This document shows, piece after piece, positions 51,856-62,294 of a stretch of DNA of 64,000 nt. The DNA comes from Rhizodiscina lignyota (taxonomy: Eukaryota). The translations under genes and the position numbers were made by a program. The stretch lies in contig ML978126.1 of the NCBI GenBank assembly GCA_010015805.1, forward strand, positions 1,116,001-1,180,000, read 5' to 3'. The notes below the pieces were generated by a model. The model made no database searches. It saw only the letters and a list, made by a program, of their open reading frames with translations, and was not told the origin of the DNA. Position 1 is the stretch's first letter. Each line of letters opens with the position of its first letter.

Positions 51856-52135
51856 CATGTGTTGGCAGCAGGCAAGTGGGTGACAAAAAAGTTGAGTTAT
51901 GGCTACAATATGTCGAATCGCGAGGATATACGATATACCTTCGCGTGTTAATATATCTTATATACACTAACGCTGTGTTTTTTTTTTTTTGGATAAATAC
52001 ACATTTGTGTATATTCAGTCGAGCTTTTAGAGCTGCACTCGGTCCTGCCAAAGAATAAAACTTGTTCTTACCACAGCCGTTCAGTTAAAGCGGGCTCAAC
52101 TATTTTGTCACCTTCGTGCATGTGTTGGCAGCAGG
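51856..52135. mobile_element. 246-bp insert with imperfect terminal inverted repeats, flanked by a perfect 17-bp direct repeat
   Basis: CATGTGTTGGCAGCAGG at 51856-51872 and 52119-52135. Inside these, the ends CAAGTGGGTGACAAAAAAGTTGAG and (reverse complement) CACGAAGGTGACAAAATAGTTGAG match at 20 of 24 positions. Confidence 0.6.
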
Positions 52136-52394
52136 TTAATGCTTGTCTGAATGCCTGCCAAAGTGCCCCACAGCCCGCTGAAAAAGCAAGCAACACACCA
52201 ATCATCTCTTTGCTCAGCCTCGAACAAGCGCTTTATGAAAGCAGGTCGACGACAGCCTTTTGAAGTTAATCTATTTTCGCCGCACATCTAAGATTCTCCC
52301 TCTCTCATCTCTTTCGTCCCCTCCCTGCTATGCTCAAAGGCCCAAGCAATGAGCTTGAACCAAATGACCTTCTCATGCCTCCCTCCAGGCGATC

Positions 52395-53663
52395 ATGCCA
52401 TCGCATAGCACCTACAGATATAGCCCTCTTGGGCGACCGGGCTGCAGCATACGGCTATTGCGACACTATCGCAGTGCTAGGGACATGACGATGAGAATGT
52501 TCAGCCTGGAAACTTTCCCAGTGACGGATTGCCCGCCATTCATTGCAATGTCATACACCTGGGAGCCCCGATTCCCAATGCACCATCTGGAGATAGAGCC
52601 GGAGCAGTTCCTTGAAATAGGGCACAACTTACACCTCGCGCTTAACAGGATATGCAGGATCACGGGCAAGGCAGGCAACTTCCGTGCACTGTATTCCGAA
52701 AGATGGAAAGAGTGGCCCGAATACGAACGCCGCCGTTTCTTGGAGCAGACGAAGTACTGCTGCTATTTCTGGATCGATGCAATTTGCATAGACCAGAGCA
52801 ACATTGCGGAACGAAATCAGCAGATCAAGTTGATGGGAAATATCTATTCCGATGCGGTTTCAGTCATGGTTTGGTTGGGCGAAGAGGAAGAGCGAGATCC
52901 ATGGGCGATAGCCAGATCCCTCGGAGACTTTGATAGCATTCTGGCCAAACTTCAGACTATGAATGCTAGCAAGTCAATCATGGAACGATTCTTCACAATG
53001 GACGATCCATCTATGACGCTGAGAGAGAAGATGACGACTCTGCCATACTGGAATCGACTATGGATCATACAAGAGCTCATGCTCGCCCAAGACATCCTGG
53101 TCTGCTGGGGATCTTCCGTATTTCCCTGGCGATGCCGTGAGAGACAGCGCACAGCAGCTGGAAGTCGGCAAAGGTGTGACGTTTGCTATAGCGCCGAGAC
53201 CGCTGAAGGAAGTCATCCGGACGAGCACCGTGACTTGGAGTCATTATATTCGATCAACAACACCCACGCGTGGGGCGGAGGAAGCTTCCATCTAATCTTC
53301 GACCAGAGGAAATTTTATGAAAGGATATCCAACCGATATCGCTTGCCACTGGACTACTTGATTGAAGCGTTCGCGCTTCATGAATGCCACGACCCAAGGG
53401 ACAAAGTCTACGGCTTGTTGGGTCTCGTCGATACGTCTGACCGGACAAGATTCACCACAGTCACTGCGGACTACCACAGGCCTGTCGAAGATGTATATCT
53501 GGATGTGCTCTATGTCGCGCGGGAGTCACCGCGCCTCAAGTCGATGGGAGCAAAGTGGAGATTTCAGGAGATTCTGAGGAAAGCGCTGGAGATTGAGGGA
53601 AAGGCTATCAGTTTCGAACAGTTTGTCGAGGATTTCAATCGTCGGAGGACAAAGTGGAACTGA
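52395..53663 (+). CDS. HET-domain protein (HET-6-like)
   Basis: IRLL, FIAMSYTW, NLHLAL, FWIDAICIDQSNIAERNQQIKLMGNIY, YWNRLWIIQE and CHDPRDKVYGLLGL. Confidence 0.92.
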   Translation: MPSHSTYRYSPLGRPGCSIRLLRHYRSARDMTMRMFSLETFPVTDCPPFIAMSYTWEPRFPMHHLEIEPEQFLEIGHNLHLALNRICRITGKAGNFRALYSERWKEWPEYERRRFLEQTKYCCYFWIDAICIDQSNIAERNQQIKLMGNIYSDAVSVMVWLGEEEERDPWAIARSLGDFDSILAKLQTMNASKSIMERFFTMDDPSMTLREKMTTLPYWNRLWIIQELMLAQDILVCWGSSVFPWRCRERQRTAAGSRQRCDVCYSAETAEGSHPDEHRDLESLYSINNTHAWGGGSFHLIFDQRKFYERISNRYRLPLDYLIEAFALHECHDPRDKVYGLLGLVDTSDRTRFTTVTADYHRPVEDVYLDVLYVARESPRLKSMGAKWRFQEILRKALEIEGKAISFEQFVEDFNRRRTKWN

Positions 53664-54121
53664 TAATTCGTAAGCGAGGAGTGTAAATATACATGGACTG
53701 TTTCGTTCCATTCATGAAAATACTATTTTGTATAATCTTTAATCCTCCTCAATCGAAGACTTCATTCTGCTTCCAGATGCAATATACCCCTAGCCACCTG
53801 TCCCCGCTTGAGGACCATGGTGTTCTCAGAATCCCTGGAGAAAGGACTGCGATTTACGAATGCTATTGACTAGCATCCGTTGTATGTACTGTTGCCTTGT
53901 TGTTTATGGTGTCTCGCCAGGCAGGTGTGGCGTGAAACTTGTAAAGGAACATCTGGCATTGCGTCGACCAGACCCGTGATTGGACCTTACATAGCGAAGG
54001 GGACCGTGCTTGGTCTATGTGCTCATGTTTGTAGGAGTGGAGGCAGCTTGCTCGCCGGTCGTACCCCTCGCGTAACCAATATGTTGTATCTGCTCCGCAC
54101 TCAGAACAGAAGGACGAGGGC

Positions 54122-55027
54122 TCAGTTGAAGTAGATGTCGACGCTACCGCTGCCTGTGTGGAAATTAAGCGTGCTGTTTCCATTCCCCTTCCTCGCAAAC
54201 ACATCATGTGAGCTTCGCCGGATGATATCGATATCTCCACCGTGAAGTCGTATGCTTCCACTCTGCGTACCGCCTTCGATGGTTCCTTCCCATTCTCTGG
54301 GATATCGAACTGTCAAGCTTCCGGAGCGCGCCCTGTGAACACTTGAAATTTCGGTGATTGATTTTCCCGCGTGTCTCGTGGAGCTAAGCAGCGTGATGGC
54401 TTGACTTCCAGAGACGGTTGTGGTGCTTAAGGTGGACTTGTAGTTGCCCGCCCCGTGTAATGGAAGTTGTAGATCAATTCTTCCAGAGTGTGACACAATT
54501 GAGGTCTTGCGGCCGTGAAGGATAGTTCCATCGACGGATCCCGAGTGAGAGTCGATAGAGGTAATGTAGTCCCGTTCCGGTGCATTGAAAGTGGCAAAGT
54601 TGACGCTTACTGAACCAGAGTGAGAGTCGATCAACAACTCCGCTGGCACAGGATTTTCCTCGTCGGCTGGCTGTGGGTTGATACCGACATTTAATGATCC
54701 GGACTGTGATCGGATAGACAGTAGATCAAGCAAGTCGAATTCAGCGTCAAGGGATTGAGATCCAGTATCGATCCATCGCTTCCTCAAGTCAGAGCGGTCC
54801 ACTGCTTTGAGTACATTTCGCGTCCGCCAACCAGAATTGGATAGCCACAATAATAAAGCAGATAGCCCCAAAAGCGCAAGTACCTTTCCAAACCTGTGAC
54901 CCCGTCGTCTATTAGGGATATCAGTGCCAGTATCAGCACCAGCTTCAGCGTCAACAGCAGTTCGGCCAGCTTCGTAGGCCGGTGGTGGCTCTTGCGGCTG
55001 AGCCTTTTGGTCAATAATGTCGCCCAT
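54122..55027 (-). CDS. Type II membrane protein with repeated S-x-S-G-S beta-strand units (DUF4097/adhesin-like)
   Basis: PPAY motif, one TM, and about eight repeats of the SQSGS/SHSGS/TVSGS/TGSGS type. Confidence 0.7.
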   Translation of the reverse strand: MGDIIDQKAQPQEPPPAYEAGRTAVDAEAGADTGTDIPNRRRGHRFGKVLALLGLSALLLWLSNSGWRTRNVLKAVDRSDLRKRWIDTGSQSLDAEFDLLDLLSIRSQSGSLNVGINPQPADEENPVPAELLIDSHSGSVSVNFATFNAPERDYITSIDSHSGSVDGTILHGRKTSIVSHSGRIDLQLPLHGAGNYKSTLSTTTVSGSQAITLLSSTRHAGKSITEISSVHRARSGSLTVRYPREWEGTIEGGTQSGSIRLHGGDIDIIRRSSHDVFARKGNGNSTLNFHTGSGSVDIYFN

Positions 55028-56955
55028 TTCGATGTATTTGGAATTGGAGTCTACCGTTAATAAATGGAGATGTCCAAACTTTTGGTTCTTGTCAGGTAGA
55101 AGGTTAAAATGACTGTACGGATATCAATGTCGCCACCGGTCCGTTGCTTGCTTAAGGCTTATCTTGAGCTTCCCTTGCGACGTCACTGGATTGCAGATCG
55201 CAAGCACAGAGTCTAAGGCAGCAGTTATTTCGACGCTTGAGATGACGACGCACGTCACAATGATAGCAGAAGCTGGGGTGTCTTGCATGTGGGGTTCAAC
55301 ACGAACAGATGCAGGCGCTAGCCCAATTGGGACGTATTCCACCGGGCGACAGCAAATACGATCCTGAGTTTGAGTTTTCGCTGGAAACTGTCCGCTTTCT
55401 TGTCCAATCAAAGTATTGCCTCCGCGTGGCCACTGAGCAAGAGTACGCGACTACGACCAGTAAAAATCGTACGTATCTCGAGGATCAACGTCAACCAGTG
55501 CGATGCCTTTGACCAAACCTTATCCAATCTCGACTCGAATACGTGGCCAAGTCGTGGAGTCAAAAGGACATTACGTGTAGTGCCAAACAAGACTACCAAC
55601 GGGATGACGCTCGAGGGAGACAATCCATTCAGTTTTCTCAAGAATCTCGATACGGGGACATGGCCAAAAGCAAACTGACAGAACCATTTTTCCGGACAAG
55701 CCTGTCGCGCCTGAGATCGACAAGATGGGCCTAGAGGAGAGACTAGCATCCATCCAACAGGATGTGCTGGTTTTGACCTTATATTCGCTCGGCATTGAGG
55801 GATGGTGGTGTCGCTTATGCCAGGCCAAAATCTAGAACGGTAGAGCGCGTAGGTAACACGGGGAATTAGTTGTGCGTCGCCTATTTTATATATATGAAAA
55901 GGACGATAGCTACTAAATCGCGTAGGCGGCGCGTTAACGGATCCTGATACGATATCCATGCCGAAGCCTTGTCAGGGCTCAAATTGTTCTCATACGCACG
56001 GCAAATATTTTATCGCCCGTACACTGAATAAAGATGATTCCGAAACGGTCCTCTGTTCCCCTTGCTATTGGTATACGAAGAACAAGAAGCATTTCCAAGG
56101 CCGGGTGATGTTTCGGACAACAAAGATGTGCAAAGCAGTTTGTGAAGGTGCGTTTCAATTGGGTACCTAGCGCGTGAAGAGTGAGAAAAAAGTTGAGGCC
56201 AGCACTTTAGGAGGCTGAGCAGCATCAGTGTATAGCTTCTATGATAACGTAGTGTATAAATTTTCTAATAGATCGCTTTTGCTTAGGCCACTCTAAAGAA
56301 CGTATAACCAAGTTTTCAGAGATAATCTCAATTCCTATGAGGTGTAATAGCGATTAGCCTTCCGGTGTTAAGCTTTCCTGCGGCCAAGTATTTTATCAGC
56401 TGCGGGCCCGTGCGTGGCGTGGTTAGAGCGTGGTGGCTTTCAGCGTCTACATAAGCACATACGCGAGACATTAACCCTGTGCACGACATTTTTCCTGATA
56501 AACTTTTCGAAAACTCATGGTCCAAATGACATAGCATGCCTTTTCCAAATGGTGTTACCTCCGCTATTCGATGGGAGCTTCCCTAATCTCGCCCATTTGC
56601 CCCTGGGCGCCTGTAAAAACGTTCTACAAGGCAGGAGAACAGAGCTAGACTACGCTGCTAGGCTATGCTGTGCTACATCTCATATGTCTATCGCTCATTA
56701 CCAGTACAGTCCTTTGAAGCTTTCATGTTCTCTTTAGAATTAATCAATACGGAATAACAAGAAGCTCTCGCGAAAGTATCTGATATGCCTTGAGCTAAGA
56801 ACGACGCAGGCCACAAAAGCGTTCCTGCGACAGCTTGATCCTTCCTACCTCCCTTTCGTCTGCCGCAGTAAGTACTTTCCAACCCTTTACAATTCTCTAC
56901 TGACTGTAATAAAGCCTACAGATGACATTTCCTACTTCCTCCCTATTCGCTCTCC

Positions 56956-59223
56956 ATGAGCTGTTCAAAGGAAACCACAAAACCTGGACCTCCCAGCCCA
57001 TCACCCAGCGGATCGTCGACTGTGCACTTGCACATAGATGGAAGCTCCTCCGGAGCCATTGAGTACACCCAGGAACGGAAACACATTTTTCAAGACAAGG
57101 ATGATATAGTAGTGAAGAGAAAGCGGCTGAAGTCTGGCGACCATGGCAGTACCATCTGCGGTGAATGTAAACGGATAGACTTTAACGGCGTTCTTGACCT
57201 TACAGCCGATATCAGAACTCTGTGGCGGGAGCCGGAGAACGGCATTTTGGTTGCAAACCTGGCAGCTAGATGCACCGGACCACCGACAAATGGTTGCTCT
57301 CTTTGCAGCCTTTTTTTCGCGGCGAGGATACCTTCGGACAGCGCCGAGTACGAACTCCGTGCCCTCTCCTTCATGGGATTTATTACTTGTGTCAACTTCT
57401 CTAAATGTTCTTGGGACTTTAGAGCTAGAGACATTCCTCAGCTTTGTGTTGTCCCTACTGGTATTCGTCCAAAGATGCTGGCATACCACATTATTGATCA
57501 TGTTGCAGCGCACGGCTCAATTTTACCCACAAAACTTGAAGACACCATGAATTCAAACTCGATTTTCTATCCACGACTTGTGAGTGGCCATGTTGACTTC
57601 ACAGTTGTCAAGGAATGGACCGAATACTGCAAGCTTCATCACGGCAGACTTTGTGCAACCGAGAAGGCACTCCCTTCCGGTATGAGATTGATCGATTGCT
57701 TTCGCCCACGCCCAGCCATTGTTCCCGCAGTCGGACGACGTCGTTATGCGGCCCTTAGTTATGTCTGGGGACAAACCATGCAAGAGCGTCGAGAAACAGT
57801 GCCGCCAAGCACGAATGACCTTCCTCGTGTTCTCCCTCAAACACTCATGGATGCAATTCAAGTGTGTAAAGCGATGGACATCCCATTTCTTTGGGTTGAT
57901 CGTTACTGTATTCACCACTTGGATCCTAGGGAGGCACAGGAACAACTTGATCAAATGGATACAATCTACGAGAGCTCGGATATTACGATCATCGCCCTTG
58001 GGCCGGATGCGGAATCGGGGCTTCCTGGCATCTCTACGATAAGAGAGACTCAACCGAGTGTGGGACTCCACGACTTTCACCTCTTCTCAACTAAGCCCCA
58101 TCCACACCTTGCAATCCGCAATTCGACTTGGTCTCAGAGAGGTTGGACGTTTCAGGAGGCCGTTTTATCTCGCCGTCGTCTTGTGTTCACTGAACACCAG
58201 GTGTACTTTGAATGCTGTGCAATGAATTGCCAATAGACTCTTGGGGCAGACTTACAGGAGATCCATTCGACATGGAATGACATGAGCTCGAACCTTTTTC
58301 AAGATGGAATTTTCACTGGGCAAAATATTCAATTTGCAGACGTGGACGGCCATGACCGGACCGCAGTATCGAAATATCAAAGAGCTCTTTGCCTGATTTC
58401 CGAATATACTGGTAGATCACTTACATTTGAGTCTGACTCGCTGAGAGCTTTTGCTGGGATTTTACATTCTCTTCAAGAATCGCGACCAACTGTTAAACAC
58501 CTCTGGGGGCTTCCGGTGATTCTGGACGAAGTTCCTTCTCCCGCAAGTCGATCTTGTAATTTCTCCCTTCTTTGGCTCCATCAACATAAGAGGGAGAACA
58601 GGGTTCGGAGACGCGCTAACTTCCCATCTTGGAGCTGGGCCGGATGGGAAGGTGAAGTGGATTTCTTGATCGCATCGACACGAAAGTATGACAGTCTTGT
58701 CTGGTATCCAAAGATCATGGGTCCGTTGGTGAAGGTATGGGTTGAATATGAGGAGAATTCCCTAGTAGATCTCGATTACCTGTTCAGTCGCCAAATGCCA
58801 GATTCATCTGAACTACAATACCCATTGGCCATTCACCTCGAGGTCTTCGTAGTGCCGTCCGCGGTAATCATTCACCAAGCTGAGCCGACTAAACTGGGAT
58901 GGCGCTTTCGACTATTCGGCCATGTCACCCTTGTCGAATGTTCCGAACCGCACAAATACTCCATGAATGGACTGAGAATGTTCAAAAGCCAACAATTGGA
59001 ACTCATCCTAATGCCTGATGTAACGCCATTTGGACCCCACCGTATGGTCGGACTAGTGATTCAAAATCAATCTGGCTCATCGTCTCGTGTTGGGACATGG
59101 CGCACGGCGAATCACTCGCTTCACGATCTGGAGAATAGCGCCCTGGCTGGATATTCTGATGGCTCATGGGAGTACTTGGAAAGAGATTTCAATTGGATAA
59201 GAAAAAAGGTGCGTTTGGTCTGA
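56956..59223 (+). pseudogene. HET-domain (TOL-like) gene with a single premature TAG at 58234-58236
   Basis: CGEC..CSLC, RLIDC, YAALSYVWG, LWVDRYCI, WSQRGWTFQE and VYFEC; the same frame continues with YTGRSLTFESD, WGLP and FPSWSWAGW. Confidence 0.85.
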
Positions 59224-59742
59224 CTTTAACGGGCGCCTCCGTTTCTATTTGATCGATTTGGCTTCTATTTTGCCCAGGTCTAGCGAGGTCCAGTCTCATG
59301 CAGCTATCTGCTAGAGCAAATTTTCCTACGCTTCTCTCGTCCCTCTTTTGACGCATCGAGGACTCGCGAGGATACTGGTGTCTGGAAAGGCTACAAGCGA
59401 AGCCCGAGAGCCTGGACGCCGCAGCCGCAGGAGACTTTTTGCCCTATTGGAAGGTTATCAGACCACTAGCAGTGATCAGCGAAAGAAAATATGCACTCCA
59501 AGCGCGGTGACTTTCAAAACCCGGCTAGCAAAACAGCTCAAAAGCCCTCATTGACATTCTTGGCACATCGCGAACATCAACCACAGGATCGTTGGCCTTC
59601 GATGGCAGCACTACTATATGGCGCAACAGCGAGGTATAATTTTGGAGGGACTCGCATTGGGTTTTCAATGCCGAACATGACTGTCTCCCTTTGTTCTATA
59701 CCACTGAGTCTCGAGTTGAGAGCTTAGGTGCCAACCGCAAGC

Positions 59743-61897
59743 ATGAAGGTTTCTTCGATCATCTGGTCAGCATGTTTGCTGGCAACGTCCGTCCTTGGGG
59801 ACCAGGGTGCACTCACCGGCTTTCCTGCGAACCCCTACGATCCGTACTGTGCTATGTCCTGCTTGCGATCTCTGTACACCTTAACGCTGAGCTGCTCCGA
59901 TATGGGCGCCACACTTGGGATGATGACCAGCATGACATCCTCCTCGTGCTGGGCCAGCAACACCCCTTACCTCACTAGTCTGGCGTGGTGTATGCACACA
60001 AAGTGTGCCGAGTTCGACGTACCAAATTCAAAGCTCGAGTGGTTTTGGGAAACGGAGGCTACCGGGCAAAGCACCGCCGGCCAGGTGCTTGTTACTCCGA
60101 AGTGGTCATACTCAGAGGCACTTGCAAACGTTCCCCAATCTCCGACAAAGCAACTCAGTGCGAGTGATACATGGCTCAATGTCACCTCTCTAGTCTCACC
60201 GGATGTCTACTTGGAGCAATGGAATGTCCTGACGGGTGTTCAGCGCGAAACGACGGTTGAGAACAGTTACGGGTGAGAGGCTGACCTTGTATCTGACGAA
60301 GAACTTGTTCCAAATGCTAACTACTACTAATTATAGTATCGCAATGCTCGTCACTGGTTTTGGCACACCGATAATACTCACTATATTTCTATACATGCCA
60401 TTTGTCTCCGGGATTTTGAGGAAGCTCAGGCCATATCTGATTTGGCCAAGTACCATGGGCACGTATCAAGTTCGCCCGCTTCCTTACCTCCTTGGGAATG
60501 CTCCCACCGTTGGCCAAACCCTCTACATTGTAATGTTTGTCATTCTCAACATCGTATTGACCTCGGTCGGATATGAATCTCGGCAGCCGAATGCGTGGTA
60601 CGCAACAAGATGGCGAGAGATTATGGCCTTTGTCCTTTACCGCACTGGGAACTTTGCCTATATCATGTCCCCCCTTATTTTCCTCTTTGCCTCACGAAAC
60701 AACGTTCTACTTTGGTTGACGAATTGGTCTCATTCAACCTTTATTGTCCTGCACCGTTGGATAGCACGCGTCTTCACCCTGCAGGTCCTTCTTCACTCCA
60801 TTATTGCTGTGGTATTGTACAAAGAGGAAGGGACTTACAGCTCGGAGGTTAGCCAACCATATTGGATCTGGGGCATCGTGGCTACTCTTTGTTGCGTCAT
60901 TCTCACGTTTGGCAGCGGGCTCTATGTCCGCAATTTCGCGTACGAGATCTTTCTGATCACGCACATTGTGCTTTCTGTCATTCTCATTGTTGGTTGCTGG
61001 TATCATGCTTATGACTTGTACAAGTTCCTTGGGGGGTATGAGGATTGGATCTACGCCGTATCTGCCGTCTGGTTTTTCGACCGCCTGATGCGTGTTGCGC
61101 GCGTCCTCATCGCTGGCCCACGTCGAGCCAAAGTCACACAGCTCGGAGAACGCTATGTCCGGATAGACGTCCCTGGGATCCGCTGGGGTTCTGAGCCCGG
61201 CAAGCACGTCTACATCTACTTCCCCACACTCAATCCGCTACGTCCATGGGAGAACCATCCGTTTTCGGTTCTGCCGACGGCCTTGCTGCAGCCCTCTCAC
61301 TTGCGCGTTGGCTCTGAGAGTCAGAGCCGGAGCTCATCAGATCGGCCAGAAGAGCAGTCCGACGTGGCGAAGAACGACGCGCTCAAGTCTCGCGTCAGCG
61401 CATTGCAAAACAGCCGTCCTACAGTCGGCCTGACACTCTATGTTAGACAGTCGACGGGCATGACGAAGTCTTTGCGCGCAGGTGACAATCTCCTCACATT
61501 CGTAGAGGGCCCGTATCCGAATAACTCAACCGCGGAGGTTCTCCGTTGCGACCGGCTGTTGCTTATCAGCGGAGGCATTGGGATCACGGGTCTTCTCCCA
61601 TTTGTTAACAACCACTGGAACGTCAAGCTGGCATGGAGTGTCAAAGAATCGGCCAGATGCTTGATCGATGACTTAGACGGTGTTCTGAGCCAGATTCCCG
61701 ACAGGGATGTGAGGATAGGCAATAGACTAGACGTTAAGCAGCTACTGGCTGAGGAGATGGAGGCAGGGTGGGGAAAGGTTGGAGTAGTTGTGTCTGGTCC
61801 CGGAGGGCTCTGCGATGATGTCAGGGCCGCCGTTGCTGCTGCCGGCAGGCTTGGGAAGACCGAGTTTGAGCTCGAAGTCGAAGCGTATTCTTGGTGA
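59743..61897 (+). CDS. Ferric-chelate reductase (FRE family)
   Basis: Signal peptide and Cys-rich ectodomain, RNN..WLTNW, heme-ligand HRW/H pairs, YEIFLITH, HPFS, EGPY, SGGIGIT and EAYSW; intron 60273-60336. Confidence 0.93.
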
Positions 61898-62294
61898 AGA
61901 CTTTGTCGGGTCGTCCTTTTCCGCTGCCCTTTCTGCCTCCTCTCCCTCTCAACTTTCTGCTTCTTGGTCTTCCTTTGCGAAGCCATTTCGATGGATTCCA
62001 TGCTCTTTTCCTCTTCTTTAGCAACTCATACTCGGAATCCGTGCTGTGATCATTATGCGATTCGGACTCGATAGCAAACCCCTCGTCCTCATCGTCCAGA
62101 TTGCAATCAATAGTAAAGCCCTTGTCATCGAGACACATAATGTAACGATCTCAAGCAAATCGAATTCAACCCACTATCCAGGTGCTATAATGTATGTAAC
62201 TGGACTCACCACCACAGAGACGCCGGACACTTTTCCCAACTCATAAACCATGCGCTCCCAAAAGTCCGTCAAATCATCGCACATCAGCCTTCAC

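Noticed and set aside
53863..54261. CSECGADTTYWLR, resembling half a GATA finger
   Set aside because: It lies in an alternative frame over the 3' end of the adhesin-like gene and lacks the second Cys pair at the correct spacing.
55370..55678. Two-repeat peptide as a HET-s-like amyloid signalling motif
   Set aside because: The repeats contain Pro/Trp and lack the N/G-rich alternating pattern, and no NLR or HeLo gene is adjacent.
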